Positions 37,401 through 53,362 of a stretch of 64,000 nt of DNA are shown here, piece after piece (position 1 is the stretch's first letter; every line of letters starts with the position of its first letter). The DNA comes from an uncultured Gemmatimonadales bacterium (lineage in GTDB: Bacteria; Gemmatimonadota; Gemmatimonadetes; Longimicrobiales; Longimicrobiaceae): contig OY970303.1 of the NCBI GenBank assembly GCA_963716255.1, positions 448,001-512,000 of the forward strand, written 5' to 3'. Made by a program: the position numbers and the translations under genes. A model generated the notes under the pieces. That model ran no database searches. It was not told where the DNA came from and saw only the letters and a program-made list of their open reading frames with translations.

Positions 37401-40400
37401 CCGCGGTGTAGTCCACCTGCCCGAAGCGCCCCATCACCGCGGTGCGCGAGGAGCACAGGAGCATGAAATCCAGCGGCCGGCCGGCGAACAGCCGCTCCAG
37501 CACGCGGGTGCCGCGCACCTTGGCGGCGAGCACGTCGGCCACCTGCCGGGGAGCCTTCATCTGGATCATCCCGCCCGAGGGGACGCCCGCGGCGTGCACC
37601 ACCCCGGCGATCTCCCCGAAGCGGGCCCGCGCCGCCTCCACCAGCGCCTCCATCGCGGCTTCGTCGGCTACGTCCGCGTTGCCCACCATGACCTCCGCGC
37701 CCAGCGCCTCCAGGGCGCGCAGCGAGCGGATCCGGCGGCTGGTGGCGTCCGTGGCCTCGTGCGCGTCCAGCCACGCGTCCCACGCGCCCGCCTCCGGGAA
37801 CTCCGAGCGGCCCGTCAGCACCAGCCTGGCCCGGACGGTCCGCGCCAGGTACTCGGCCACCTGCAGCCCGATCCCGCCGAGCCCGCCGGTGACCAGGTAG
37901 GCGCCGCCCTCGCGAAGCACCGGGACCGTGTCCGGGGCCTGCGGCAGCTTCACCGGCTCGTAGTCCTGCACCCAGCGGTGGCCGGCGCGCAGCGCCACCA
38001 CCGTCTCGCTCCCGCCCGCGGCCTCGGCCAGCAGCTGCTCCGCCAGCCGCTCCTCCTGCCAGCTCCCGGGCGCGGGAAGCGACACGTCCACGCTGCGGCA
38101 GGACAGGTGCGGGTACTCGCGCGGGATGGTCCTCACCGGCCCCATCACCGTGGCCTGCTCAGGGTCGGTCAGGTCGCCGCCGGCCACCTCCTGCATCCCC
38201 GCCGTCACCACGGTCACGTCCACCGGCTCGGCGGCGGTCCGCTCGCCCAGCGCCTGCGCCAGGAAGAGGAGGGAGAAGAGGCCGCGGTCCTGGACCTCGC
38301 CGGGGCCGCCGGCGGCGCTCCACAGGTGGACGATGCGCCGCGGGAAGCGGCCGGTGCCCGCCAGGCGCGCCAGCAGCGCGGTGTAGTCCTCGCGGCGGCG
38401 CGGGTCGATCTCGTAGCTCGCCCCTCCCAGCTCGCGGAAGCCCGCCCCGGCGCGCACCGTCACCACGCCGCGCCCCGCCTTTTCCAGCGAGGCCGCCAGG
38501 CGCGCGGACACCCCGCCCTCCCCGGCGAAGAGCAGCCAGCTCCCGTCCGTGGCGGCCTCCGCGGCCGCCGGCCGGAGCGTGGCCTCCTTCCACACGGGCA
38601 CCCAGAACCAGTCGCCCACGTCCTGCTTCTTGGCCAGCGACTTGGCGGCCGTGCGCCGGCCGCCGCCCTGCATGTCCACCCAGAAGCGGCGGCGCTGGAA
38701 CGGGTAGGTGGGAAGGGGGACGCGGCGGCGGCGCTCGCCGCCGTGCACGGCCTTCCAGTCGATCTCCAGCCCCGCCAGCCACAGCTGCCCCACGGTGTTC
38801 AGCAGGAACTCCCGGTCGTCGCCGCGCTCCTTGGCGTGCGGCAGCGACGCGTGCATCACCTGCCCGGGAAGCTTGCTGGGGTGCCAGCGCACCACCGAGC
38901 GCAGCGTCCGGCCGGGACCCACCTCCAGCAGGGCGGCGCCCGGGTCGGCGATCAGCTCGCTGACGCCCTGGTGGAAGCGCACCGTCTGGCGGATGTGGCG
39001 CACCCAGTACTCCGGGTCGACCGCGTCCTCCTCGGTGATCCAGGTGCCCGTGACGTTGGACAGGTAGGGGATCTCCGGGGCGTTCAGCTTCACCCGGTGC
39101 ACCGCGGCGCGGAAGGCGTCCAGCATCGGGTCCATCATCGCCGAGTGGAAGGCGTGCGACGTGTGCAGCGGCCGCCCCACCTCGCCCATCTCGTCCAGCC
39201 TGCGGTTGAAGGCGATCACCGCCTCGCGCGGGCCGCTGACCACGCACAGCTCGTCGCCGTTGACGGCGGCCAGCGACAGCTCCGGCGGGAGCATCTCGGC
39301 GACCCTGCGCTCGGAGAGCGGCACGCCCAGCATGTCGCCCTCCGGCACGGCCTGGATCAGCCGGCCGCGCGCGACGACGAGCCGGAGCGCGTCCTCCACC
39401 GACAGCACGCCGGCGAGAGCCGCGGCCACGTACTCGCCGATGCTGTGCCCGATCATGCTGTCCGGCTTCAACCCCCAGCTCATCCACAGCTTCGCCAGCG
39501 CGTACTCCACGATGAACAGCGCCGGCTGCGTGGCGCTGGTCCGGTTCAGCGCGGCGGCGGCCTCGGCGTCGCCGGTGTCGGCCAGGAGGAGCGCCCGCAG
39601 GTCGAAGTCCACCAGCGGGCGGACGATCTCCAGGCAGCGGTCCACCTCGGCGCGGTACACGGGCTCGCTCTCGTACAGCCCGGAGCCCATCCCCGGGTAC
39701 TGCGCCCCCTGCCCCGGGAACATGAAGGTGAGCGGGCGGCGCACCGGGGGCTGCCCGCGCGTGACGACGCGGTCCGGCGTCAGCGCCTCCAGCAGCGCGA
39801 CGGCGTCCTCGCGGTCGCGGCACACCAGCATGCGCCGGTGCTCGAAGGCGCCGCGCCCCACCTGGAGGGTGAAGGCGACGTCGGCGACGTCCTGCTCCGG
39901 GTGCTCGCGCAGGTGCCGGAGCAGGTTGTCCGTCGCGGCCTCCATCGCCGCCGGGGTGTGGCCGGAAAGCACCAGGAGTTGGTGCCCGCGCGAGGGGCCG
40001 GTCTCCTCGGTGGCCGGCGCCTCCTCCAGCACCAGGTGCGCGTTGGTGCCGCCCATCCCGAACGAGGACACGCCCGCGCGCCGCGGCGCCCCGTCCGACT
40101 CCCAGGGCTGGAGCCGCGAGGCCACGTAGAACGGCGTGCTGGCGAAGTCGATGCGCGGGTTCGGCTTCTCGAAGTGCAGCGAGGGCGGGATCTCGCGGTG
40201 CTTGAGCGCCTGCACCGTCTTGATCAGCCCGGCCACCCCCGCCGCGGCGTCCAGGTGGCCGATGTTGCTCTTCACCGAGCCGATGGCGCAGAAGCCCGTG
40301 CGGTCCGTGTCGCGGCGGAAGGCGCGGGTGAGCGCCTGGATCTCGATGGGGTCGCCGATGGCGGTGCCGGTGCCGTGCGCCTCCACGTAGGTCACCGTTT

Positions 40401-41304
40401 CCGGCGCAACGTCCGCGAACACCTGCGCGGTGCTGATGACCTCCGCCTGGCTTTCCACGCCCGGCGCCGTGTAGCCCACCTTGACCGAGCCGTCGTTGTT
40501 GAGCGCCCAGCCTCGGATGACCGCGTGCACGGTGTCGCCGTCGGCGAGGGCGTCCTCCAGGCGCTTGAGCACCACCACGCCCGCGCCGTTGCCGCCCAGC
40601 GTCCCGCCCGCGTCCGCGTCGAAGGGGCGGCAGCGCCCGTCCGGCGAGCCGATCCCCCCCTCGTGGTGCAGGTAGCCCGTCTTCTGCGGGACGAACACGT
40701 TGGCGCCGCCGGCCAGCGCCATGTCGCACTGGTAGCTCATCAGCGACTGGCAGGCGAGCGCGGTGGCCACCAGCGAGGTGGAGCACGCCGTCTGCACGGT
40801 GACGCAGGGGCCGCGCAGGTTCAGCTTGTACGCCACCCGGGTGGTGAGGTGGTCGTTCTTGTTGTGGATCAGCGCCTGGAAGGTGTCGATGGTCCCCGTC
40901 ATCTCCCCCGCCGAGGCCAGGTTGAACAGCATGTAGCTGTTCGCCCCCGCCCCGGCGAAGACGCCGATGGCCCCCTCGTACCTGCGCGGGTCGTAGCCGG
41001 CCGTTTCCAGCGCCTCCCACGCGACCTCCATGAACAGCCGCTGCTGCGGGTCCGTGAGGGTGGCCTCGCGCGGCGTCACGTCGAAGAACGCGGCGTCGAA
41101 GCCCTCCACGTCGTCCAGGACGCCGCGCGCCGCGACGTAGGCGGGGTCCGCCAGCTCCGCGGGGTCGATTGCCACCCGGTCCAGCTCCTCCTCCGCGAAG
41201 TGGGTGATCGACTCCACCCCGTCGCGCAGGTTGGTCCAGAACGCCTCGACGTCCTTTGCCCCCGGGAAGCGCCCGGACAATCCTACAATGGCGATGCTGT
41301 CCAT
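34465..41304 (-). CDS. Type I PKS module KS-AT-KR-DH-ACP with a C-terminal degenerate epimerization-like domain
   Basis: KS: QTACSTS, EAHGTGT, KSNIGHL. AT: GHSIG and HAFHS (malonyl type). KR: TGGLGGIG and GQVDYTAAN. DH: HRIIGNAVMP and HPAILD. ACP: LGGDSV. E-like: VPLAPAQRW, AHPLVVDAASW, FTPEDFP. Confidence 0.93.
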   Translation of the reverse strand: MDSIAIVGLSGRFPGAKDVEAFWTNLRDGVESITHFAEEELDRVAIDPAELADPAYVAARGVLDDVEGFDAAFFDVTPREATLTDPQQRLFMEVAWEALETAGYDPRRYEGAIGVFAGAGANSYMLFNLASAGEMTGTIDTFQALIHNKNDHLTTRVAYKLNLRGPCVTVQTACSTSLVATALACQSLMSYQCDMALAGGANVFVPQKTGYLHHEGGIGSPDGRCRPFDADAGGTLGGNGAGVVVLKRLEDALADGDTVHAVIRGWALNNDGSVKVGYTAPGVESQAEVISTAQVFADVAPETVTYVEAHGTGTAIGDPIEIQALTRAFRRDTDRTGFCAIGSVKSNIGHLDAAAGVAGLIKTVQALKHREIPPSLHFEKPNPRIDFASTPFYVASRLQPWESDGAPRRAGVSSFGMGGTNAHLVLEEAPATEETGPSRGHQLLVLSGHTPAAMEAATDNLLRHLREHPEQDVADVAFTLQVGRGAFEHRRMLVCRDREDAVALLEALTPDRVVTRGQPPVRRPLTFMFPGQGAQYPGMGSGLYESEPVYRAEVDRCLEIVRPLVDFDLRALLLADTGDAEAAAALNRTSATQPALFIVEYALAKLWMSWGLKPDSMIGHSIGEYVAAALAGVLSVEDALRLVVARGRLIQAVPEGDMLGVPLSERRVAEMLPPELSLAAVNGDELCVVSGPREAVIAFNRRLDEMGEVGRPLHTSHAFHSAMMDPMLDAFRAAVHRVKLNAPEIPYLSNVTGTWITEEDAVDPEYWVRHIRQTVRFHQGVSELIADPGAALLEVGPGRTLRSVVRWHPSKLPGQVMHASLPHAKERGDDREFLLNTVGQLWLAGLEIDWKAVHGGERRRRVPLPTYPFQRRRFWVDMQGGGRRTAAKSLAKKQDVGDWFWVPVWKEATLRPAAAEAATDGSWLLFAGEGGVSARLAASLEKAGRGVVTVRAGAGFRELGGASYEIDPRRREDYTALLARLAGTGRFPRRIVHLWSAAGGPGEVQDRGLFSLLFLAQALGERTAAEPVDVTVVTAGMQEVAGGDLTDPEQATVMGPVRTIPREYPHLSCRSVDVSLPAPGSWQEERLAEQLLAEAAGGSETVVALRAGHRWVQDYEPVKLPQAPDTVPVLREGGAYLVTGGLGGIGLQVAEYLARTVRARLVLTGRSEFPEAGAWDAWLDAHEATDATSRRIRSLRALEALGAEVMVGNADVADEAAMEALVEAARARFGEIAGVVHAAGVPSGGMIQMKAPRQVADVLAAKVRGTRVLERLFAGRPLDFMLLCSSRTAVMGRFGQVDYTAANAFLDAFARWHRNATGTYTVSVNWGGWEEVGMAAEFRGAVAGGDGTAVVRTYDHPLLERLILEEPGRKVFATDFAVWKQWPVNEHRIIGNAVMPGVAYFEMLRAAVAEDAGDRAVAIRECYFVEPMRLEDTEVREARLELREEGPDEFSFTIWSWDGNNPAGRMRKHALGRVAVEDRRPAERSDLAAVLARCPEQTSIALEEREDDFGPRWQSVHRIHLGTNELVIEMELPEAFRADWEKWGFHPAILDRAAGITKARLAPEFYYLPMLYRGIPLDRQMEGRLFAHGRYLADEEGADQETIAFDFNIMNEEGETLLRVEKFTQKRINDPGAEIRGMADAAAAADAGESRDTGSGDGIRPQEGVDAFARILAARLEPQVVVSPNDLHAAIAQGDAQVGEKLLDAGGAGDASGPRSNRPELASEYVAPRTEIERRIAEVWGAVLGVEEVGVNDNFFELGGDSVQAIQIMARGKQAGLHLTPQQFFQYETIAEMAAMISEVMAAEAEHGVTFGEVPLAPAQRWMLERTGGQGYAAEAVLLEARRPLDGGHLGRAVRELVAHHDALRLQFTREDEAWKQVSATAGEDMPFAEVPVADVPATERVETARREAERLAAGLELAVGPLVHATLFTPGPDAPQLLLLVAHPLVVDAASWPLLLEDLAAAYGQLSRGQEAQLEAKTTAFKAWAEGMAAQAGTEALAREADFWAGELPYESAPLPADHAGTGTEGTARTVAVELDPELVREATDELPRARRAEPDEVLLSALAAALAGWTGVRSPLVDVARNPRAGDAGDADYSRTVGRMEQAVPVQVDVDADPVAVLKAAKQRVRHLSGHAASYGVLLHLDSGEVGEELRAAPRAEVAFRYADLSEAAAWAPWEIAGGAPFAVRGGDAPRAYAIEVDAVRGPDGVSLTWTYSPETHDEATIRALADRFTAALRALAERSRTVEPEGFTPEDFPLAGLDAAALGQLAMLIRRADQGG

Positions 41305-41331
41305 CAGACCTCGTCTCCAGGTGGTATTGGG

Positions 41332-44300
41332 TCAGCCCCGGGGGCCCGCGGCGGGCCGGCGCTGGCGCTGCATGGCTTCGCGCTGCTTGAGGGCGCGCTG
41401 CTCGGCCTGCGAGAGCGACGCGCCGGCGTCCTCCTGTCCGGCGCTCAGGCGCCCGGCGAGGAGGGTGACGGTGGGGTACTGGAAGAGCTCCACCAGGGTG
41501 AGCTTTTCCCCCATCGCCTCGGTGATGCGGTCGTACGCCTGCACCACCAGGAGGGAGTTGCCTCCCAGGTCGAAGAAGTTGTCGTGCATCCCCACCCGCT
41601 CCACCCCCAGCACCTCCTGCCAGATCCCCGCGAGGGCGCTCTCCACCTCGCCCACCGGCGCGACGTAAGCGGCGCGGCGCTTCTTCTGCAGCTCGCGCGG
41701 GTCCGGGAGGGCGCGGCGGTCGGCCTTGCCGCTGCGCGTGCGCGGCACCTCGGCCAGGGGAACCACCATGGCGGGGACCATGAACTCGGGGAGCCGGCCG
41801 CGCAGGTGGTCGCGCAGCTCGCCCTGGAGCTCGTCCTCGTCGTCCCGGCCGTCGGCGCGGGCGACGAAGTAGGCGACGAGCTGCGCCTCGCCCTCCGCCT
41901 CGAAGACGGCGGCGACGGTGTCCGCCACGCGGGGGTGCTCGCAGAGGACTGCCTCCACCTCGCCCAGCTCGATGCGGACGCCGCGCACCTTGACCTGGCC
42001 GTCCTCGCGCCCCACGAACTCCACGGCGCCGTCCGGGCCGAAGCGGGCGAGGTCGCCGGTGCGGTACATGCGCGCCCCCGGCACCCCGCCGAAGGGGTCG
42101 GGGACGAACTTCTCGGCGGTGCGCGCCGGGTCGCCCAGGTAGCCGCGCGCCACGCGGGGCCCGGCCAGGCACACCTCGCCGGCCACGCCGAAGGGCACGG
42201 GCCGCAGCCCGGCGTCCACCATGACGACGCGGGTGCTGGGGATGGGCCGCCCCACGGTGGGGGCGTGCGGGTGCTCGCGGACGCTCCCGGCGGTGGCGTC
42301 CACGGTGCACTCGGTGGGGCCGTACACGTTGAAGGTCTCGGTGTCCGGCAGCGCCAGGAGGCGCGCCCAGGTGGCGGGGTCCAGCGCCTCGCCGCCGGAC
42401 AGGATCGTCCCCGGCACGTGCTCCGGCCCGTCGCCCAGCCCGGCGGACAGCAGCCCCTTGAGGAGCGTGGGGGTGCAGTCCAGCACGTCCAGCTCGGTGG
42501 CGCGCACCCAGGCGAGCATCCGCTCCGGGCTCATCCGCTCGGCCTCCGGGGTGACGTGCAGCGTGTGCCCGCGCAGCAACTGCACCCACTGCTTCACCGA
42601 GCCGTCGAAGACCAGCGGCGCGTTGAGGCTCACCCGCAGCCCCTCGCGCCCGCGGTACACGGCGGCGTCCAGCGCGCTCACCAGGTTGGCCGCCGAGCCG
42701 TGCTGCACCACGACGCCCTTGGGGCGGCCGGTGGAGCCGGAGGTGTAGATGACGTACGCGGCGTTCTCGGGGAGCGTGCCCGCGTCCGGCGCCGCGGCCG
42801 GCATGGCGTCGATGCGCTCGCGGTCGGCGTCCATGCACACCGCCCGCCCGGCGGGGAGCAGCCCCCGCTCGCGCACGGAGGCCTGGGTGACGAACACCTC
42901 GATCCCCGCTTCCCCGGCCATGAAGGCGATGCGGTCCGCGGGGTACATGGGGTCCAGCGCGACCACGGCGCCGCCCGCCCGCAGGATCCCCAGCAGCCCC
43001 GCCAGCATCTCCGGCGAGCGCTCCATGCACAGCCCCACCCGCGACTCGGGCCGCACGCCCAGGCCGCGCAGCAGGTTGGCGAGCCGCCCGGAGAGCGCGT
43101 CCAGCTCGCCGAAGCTCAGCGACCGCCCGGCGGCGACCACCGCGGGGCGCTCCGGGGTGCGCGCCGCCTGCTCCGCGAACAGGTCGTGGAGGCAGCGGTC
43201 CGCGGGCGCTTCGTCCAGCGAGCGCCCCAGCGCGAGCACGTAGCGCAGCTCGGCGTCCGGCAGCAGCTCCAGCTCGGCGGCGGGCGCGTCCGGCCGCGCC
43301 GCGGCGTCGTCCAGCAGCGCCAGCAGGCGGTCGGCCATGCGCTCGGCGTCGCGGGCGGACACCCGGTGCGCGTCGTGCTCCAGGGCGAGCCGCAGCCCTT
43401 CGCCCTCGGCGATCCCCGTGAGCCGCACCCCGAAGCGCTCGCTCCGCGCCCGCAGCTCCAGGATGGAGAACTCAGCCCCCGCGGCCCCGGCCGGCTCCGG
43501 CCGCTCCTCCCAGTCCATCCCGAAGGCGAAGTGCTCGGGCCCCTCCGCCCCGTCGCGCGCCGGGTCCAGGTAGTCCTGCCACTCGTAGCGCTCCGCCAGC
43601 GCGGCGGCCGCGGCCGCGGCGACCCCGCGGAAGGTCGCCCCGCCGCCGGCGGCGAGCCGCACCGGCAGGTAGCGGACGAAGGCGCCCGGCGCCGCGTCCA
43701 GCCCCTCGTAGACGCGCCCGTCGAAGGCCACGCCCACCTCCGGCTCTTCGCTCCCGGCGAGGCGCCCCAGCAGCAGCGCCCACGCGGCGAGCAGCACCGC
43801 GGAGGGCGCGGCGTCCAGCTCCCCGGCCAGCTCCCGCGCGCGCGCCGCGGTCGCGGGATCCACCTCGCGCTCCACCACGCGCGGCGCGAAGCCGTCGCCC
43901 TCGCGCAGGGCGTGCGGCAGCGCGTAGTCGTCCGCGCCGGAGCGCTCGGCGCGCGCCCAGTAGTCGCGCCCCGCCTGCGTTTCCTCCGATTCCAGCAGGT
44001 CGTTGAAGACCTCGGACACGTCCGCGTACTGGATCTCCGGCGCCGCCGCCTCGCCCCCGGCGGCGATGGCCGCGTAGGCGCCCGCCACCTCTCGCACCAG
44101 CAGGTGCATGGACGCCGCGTCGGCGCACAGCGCGTGCACCCGAAGCGCCAGCAGGAAGCGCCCCTCGCCGGCAGGGGCGAGGACGGCCTGGAAGAGCGGC
44201 CCGTCCTCGAACGACAGCGGCGCCTCGTCCAGCGCGCCCACCAGCGCCTCCGCGGTCGCCGCCCCGTCGTCCAGCATCTTCCACGCGGGCGGCAGGCTTT

Positions 44301-44538
44301 CCACGATCCCCTGCAGCGGCACGCGCGTCCCGGGGAGCGCCCGGAACACGGTGCGCAGCACCTCGTGCCCCTCCGCCGCCGCCTCGACCGCGCGCCGCAG
44401 CGCGTCCACGTCGGCCTCGCCGCGCACGGCGACGACGCAGGTGGCGTTGTAGACGGGACGCGCCTCGCGCGCCTGGAGCGCCCAGACGCGCCGCTGCTGC
44501 GGTGAAAGACGGAAACGGGCCGTGGTCTCGTGAGCCAT
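41332..44538 (-). CDS. NRPS with a degenerate C (interface-like) domain, A (Glu-type) and PCP
   Basis: Starts MAHETTARFRLSPQQRR. The C motif has decayed to VHALCAD. The A code DGKDLGVVDK is one change from the Glu code DAKDLGVVDK. PCP LGGNSLL. Confidence 0.9.
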   Translation of the reverse strand: MAHETTARFRLSPQQRRVWALQAREARPVYNATCVVAVRGEADVDALRRAVEAAAEGHEVLRTVFRALPGTRVPLQGIVESLPPAWKMLDDGAATAEALVGALDEAPLSFEDGPLFQAVLAPAGEGRFLLALRVHALCADAASMHLLVREVAGAYAAIAAGGEAAAPEIQYADVSEVFNDLLESEETQAGRDYWARAERSGADDYALPHALREGDGFAPRVVEREVDPATAARARELAGELDAAPSAVLLAAWALLLGRLAGSEEPEVGVAFDGRVYEGLDAAPGAFVRYLPVRLAAGGGATFRGVAAAAAAALAERYEWQDYLDPARDGAEGPEHFAFGMDWEERPEPAGAAGAEFSILELRARSERFGVRLTGIAEGEGLRLALEHDAHRVSARDAERMADRLLALLDDAAARPDAPAAELELLPDAELRYVLALGRSLDEAPADRCLHDLFAEQAARTPERPAVVAAGRSLSFGELDALSGRLANLLRGLGVRPESRVGLCMERSPEMLAGLLGILRAGGAVVALDPMYPADRIAFMAGEAGIEVFVTQASVRERGLLPAGRAVCMDADRERIDAMPAAAPDAGTLPENAAYVIYTSGSTGRPKGVVVQHGSAANLVSALDAAVYRGREGLRVSLNAPLVFDGSVKQWVQLLRGHTLHVTPEAERMSPERMLAWVRATELDVLDCTPTLLKGLLSAGLGDGPEHVPGTILSGGEALDPATWARLLALPDTETFNVYGPTECTVDATAGSVREHPHAPTVGRPIPSTRVVMVDAGLRPVPFGVAGEVCLAGPRVARGYLGDPARTAEKFVPDPFGGVPGARMYRTGDLARFGPDGAVEFVGREDGQVKVRGVRIELGEVEAVLCEHPRVADTVAAVFEAEGEAQLVAYFVARADGRDDEDELQGELRDHLRGRLPEFMVPAMVVPLAEVPRTRSGKADRRALPDPRELQKKRRAAYVAPVGEVESALAGIWQEVLGVERVGMHDNFFDLGGNSLLVVQAYDRITEAMGEKLTLVELFQYPTVTLLAGRLSAGQEDAGASLSQAEQRALKQREAMQRQRRPAAGPRG

Positions 44539-44594
44539 GCTGATCCGGTTTGCGATCTGTGCCGATGCTGTCGTTGTCGTTGCGGCCCTCAGCG

Positions 44595-44706
44595 GGCCCT
44601 CACCCGGCGGCCTTAGAGCCGCCACCCTCTCCCAATCCTGGGAGAGGGGGCCAACTGCGGGTCCGGTGCAGTGCTCCCCCTACTCCCGCTTGCGGGGGAG
44701 GGGGCC
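44595..44706. repeat. Inverted pair of family B palindromic elements (intergenic)
   Basis: Units at 44595-44649 and about 44673-44706. Confidence 0.8.
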
Positions 44707-44750
44707 CTGCCGTTGCCGTTCCCGCAGTATCCCCCAGATCCGTTGCGGAG

Positions 44751-44866
44751 GGAGACAGCCGGGCAGTTTCGGCTGGCTCCCGCAGCCGGAGCGGAGACCC
44801 GCCGGCAGTTTGGCGGGGCTCCGCGACCCGCGCAGGAGACCGGCGGGGCAGTTTCCGCCGGGCTCC
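44751..44866 (-). repeat. Three tandem covarying hairpins, GGAGCC-stem-AAACTGCC-stem-GTCTCC
   Basis: Units at 44751-44780, 44793-44822 and 44835-44866 have identical loops and flanks, with different but fully paired inner stems. Confidence 0.9.
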
Positions 44867-44893
44867 GGAGCGGCCCCTACGCCAAAACAAGCT

Positions 44894-45940
44894 CTACTGG
44901 ACGTCGTCCCACCGGAACGGGTCCGCCATTGCCGTCAACACCTTGCGCGGCCCCTTGAACGGATCCCGGGCATGGGCCGTGAGCAGGTTGTCCAGCATCA
45001 GCACGTCGCCCTGCTGCCAGGGGAAGCGCACCGTGCTGTCGCGGTAGATGCCGCGCAGCGTGTCCATGACCTCCACCGGGATGGGCGTCCCGTCCCCGTA
45101 GAGCGTGTTGTTGGGGAAGTCGTCCTCGGCGTGGAACGCGGCCTCGAACGCCGCGCGCACCGACGCGTCCAGGGTGCTGCGGTGAAAGAAGGTGGCGTGG
45201 TTGAACCAGGCGGCCTCGCCGGAGCGCGGGTGCCTGGCCACGGCGCGCCGCACCTGCCGCGTGCGCAGCCGGCCGCCGTCCTTCCATTCCACGTCGATGC
45301 GGTTGGCGGCGCAGTACGCCTCCACCTGCGCCGGGTCGTCGGTCTGGAAGGCCTCCTGCCACGAGAGCCCGAAGCCGTCGCCGAAGTTGCGGACGTACAT
45401 GTAGCCCTTTTCCTCGAACGGGCGCCGCACCTCCTCGGGGATGGCGCGGTACACCCGGCGCACGTCGGCGATGGGGGTGGCGCCCCCCTCCTCGGCCGCG
45501 ACGGTGCACATGAAGATGATCTTCAGCGGGAAGTTGAGGTTGTACGACTGCTCGTTGTGTAAAAAGATCTCCTGGTCCGCCGGGTGCTCGGTGGAGGTGT
45601 AGACCTTGTTGGCGACGTGCGTGCGCGGCGACGAGCGCTCGCCGTACTCCAGCGGCCCGCTGGAGGCGGCGGAGACGAAGCGGTTCAGGTCGGCGGAGTC
45701 GCGCATGGCGAACCCGCGGAAGAGGAGCCCGCCGTGCTTCTGCAGCAGCGACTCGGTCTCGTCGCGGTTGGCCGCGGCCCACTCCGCCAGGTCCACGCCG
45801 TCCACGGCGGGGCGGATCACCAGCGGGAGCGGCTCGCCGGGGCGGAGCGGCTCCATGCGCACCAGCGACTCCGTGGACACGCCGCCCTCGCGGGTGCGTG
45901 TGAAGGGGAGCTTCTTCCCTGGAAGGGTGGGCTTCTGCAT
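44894..45940 (-). CDS. TauD/TfdA-family SyrP-like dioxygenase (beta-hydroxylase of a PCP-bound amino acid)
   Basis: GLLFRGF, VYTSTE, FLHNEQSY, GGATPIAD, WFNHATFFH and DNLLTAHAR. Confidence 0.9.
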   Translation of the reverse strand: MQKPTLPGKKLPFTRTREGGVSTESLVRMEPLRPGEPLPLVIRPAVDGVDLAEWAAANRDETESLLQKHGGLLFRGFAMRDSADLNRFVSAASSGPLEYGERSSPRTHVANKVYTSTEHPADQEIFLHNEQSYNLNFPLKIIFMCTVAAEEGGATPIADVRRVYRAIPEEVRRPFEEKGYMYVRNFGDGFGLSWQEAFQTDDPAQVEAYCAANRIDVEWKDGGRLRTRQVRRAVARHPRSGEAAWFNHATFFHRSTLDASVRAAFEAAFHAEDDFPNNTLYGDGTPIPVEVMDTLRGIYRDSTVRFPWQQGDVLMLDNLLTAHARDPFKGPRKVLTAMADPFRWDDVQ

Positions 45941-46000
45941 CTGGAACTCCTCGCCGGATCGGCGGGCTGACGTGTACGTGCTGCTGCCTGGACGAACCGC

Positions 46001-52708
<6,708 letters not shown>

Positions 52709-53044
52709 GTAGGACCCGTGCTGTGCTGGTTCGGGGCCCGCGCGACCCTCCGGCCGCGGGCTCTCCCGCTCGCTTCCCGCCGAAATGCGGCGGGAAAGGT
52801 ACGGCCGGCGAGCCGCCGCCGCGCTTCTGCCCTGCCCTGGCCCGGAAGTAGCGATCCGGCCCGCTCGACGGGGCCGGCTCTCCGGGACGGCCGGGACGCA
52901 AAAAGATCCGGCCCGCCCGGCCGCCCGTGCAGGGCGCCGGCGCGGCGGCTGCGCGCCCGGACGAAGGGAGGCCGCGGACCCGGAAAAGAGGACCGCCGCG
53001 AGGGGCCGGGAACGCGCCGGATCACGGCCTGCGTGCCCGGTTTA

Positions 53045-53083
53045 CTTCACGTCAAGCTATACAGGTGAAGGGGGGTGGCGCAA
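53045..53083 (-). promoter_or_regulatory. Candidate sigma70-type promoter for the cluster, with an overlapping palindrome
   Basis: Minus-strand TTGCGC-N18-TAGCTT in an AT-richer patch, overlapped by the inverted repeat CTTCAC-N14-GTGAAG (53045-53070). Confidence 0.35.
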
Positions 53084-53362
53084 GGGGAACCCGTGTCCGC
53101 GGAGGGGAGAAAAAGCCGTGCGGCGCGGCCGTTTCGGAGCGTGCTGACAGGTGGGCCCGGCCGCCCGGAATGGCCGGGAGCACGTCGGCGGATGAAAAAC
53201 ACACGTTCCCGGCGGGGCCTGAGTGAATGTCACCCGGACGACGTCCCCGGTGTCCGCTTCGTCACGCCGGGCCGCCGTTCGTCCCGGCGCGGTTGCCGGG
53301 CTCCGGGCGCGCCCCGATCGTGGCCGGGAGGGGCCCTTCCCACCGCTTCCCGGAGACCCGCC

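Noticed and set aside
44751..44866. Mini CRISPR array
   Set aside because: Variation is inside the stems, the linkers are only 12 nt, and no cas genes are in the window.
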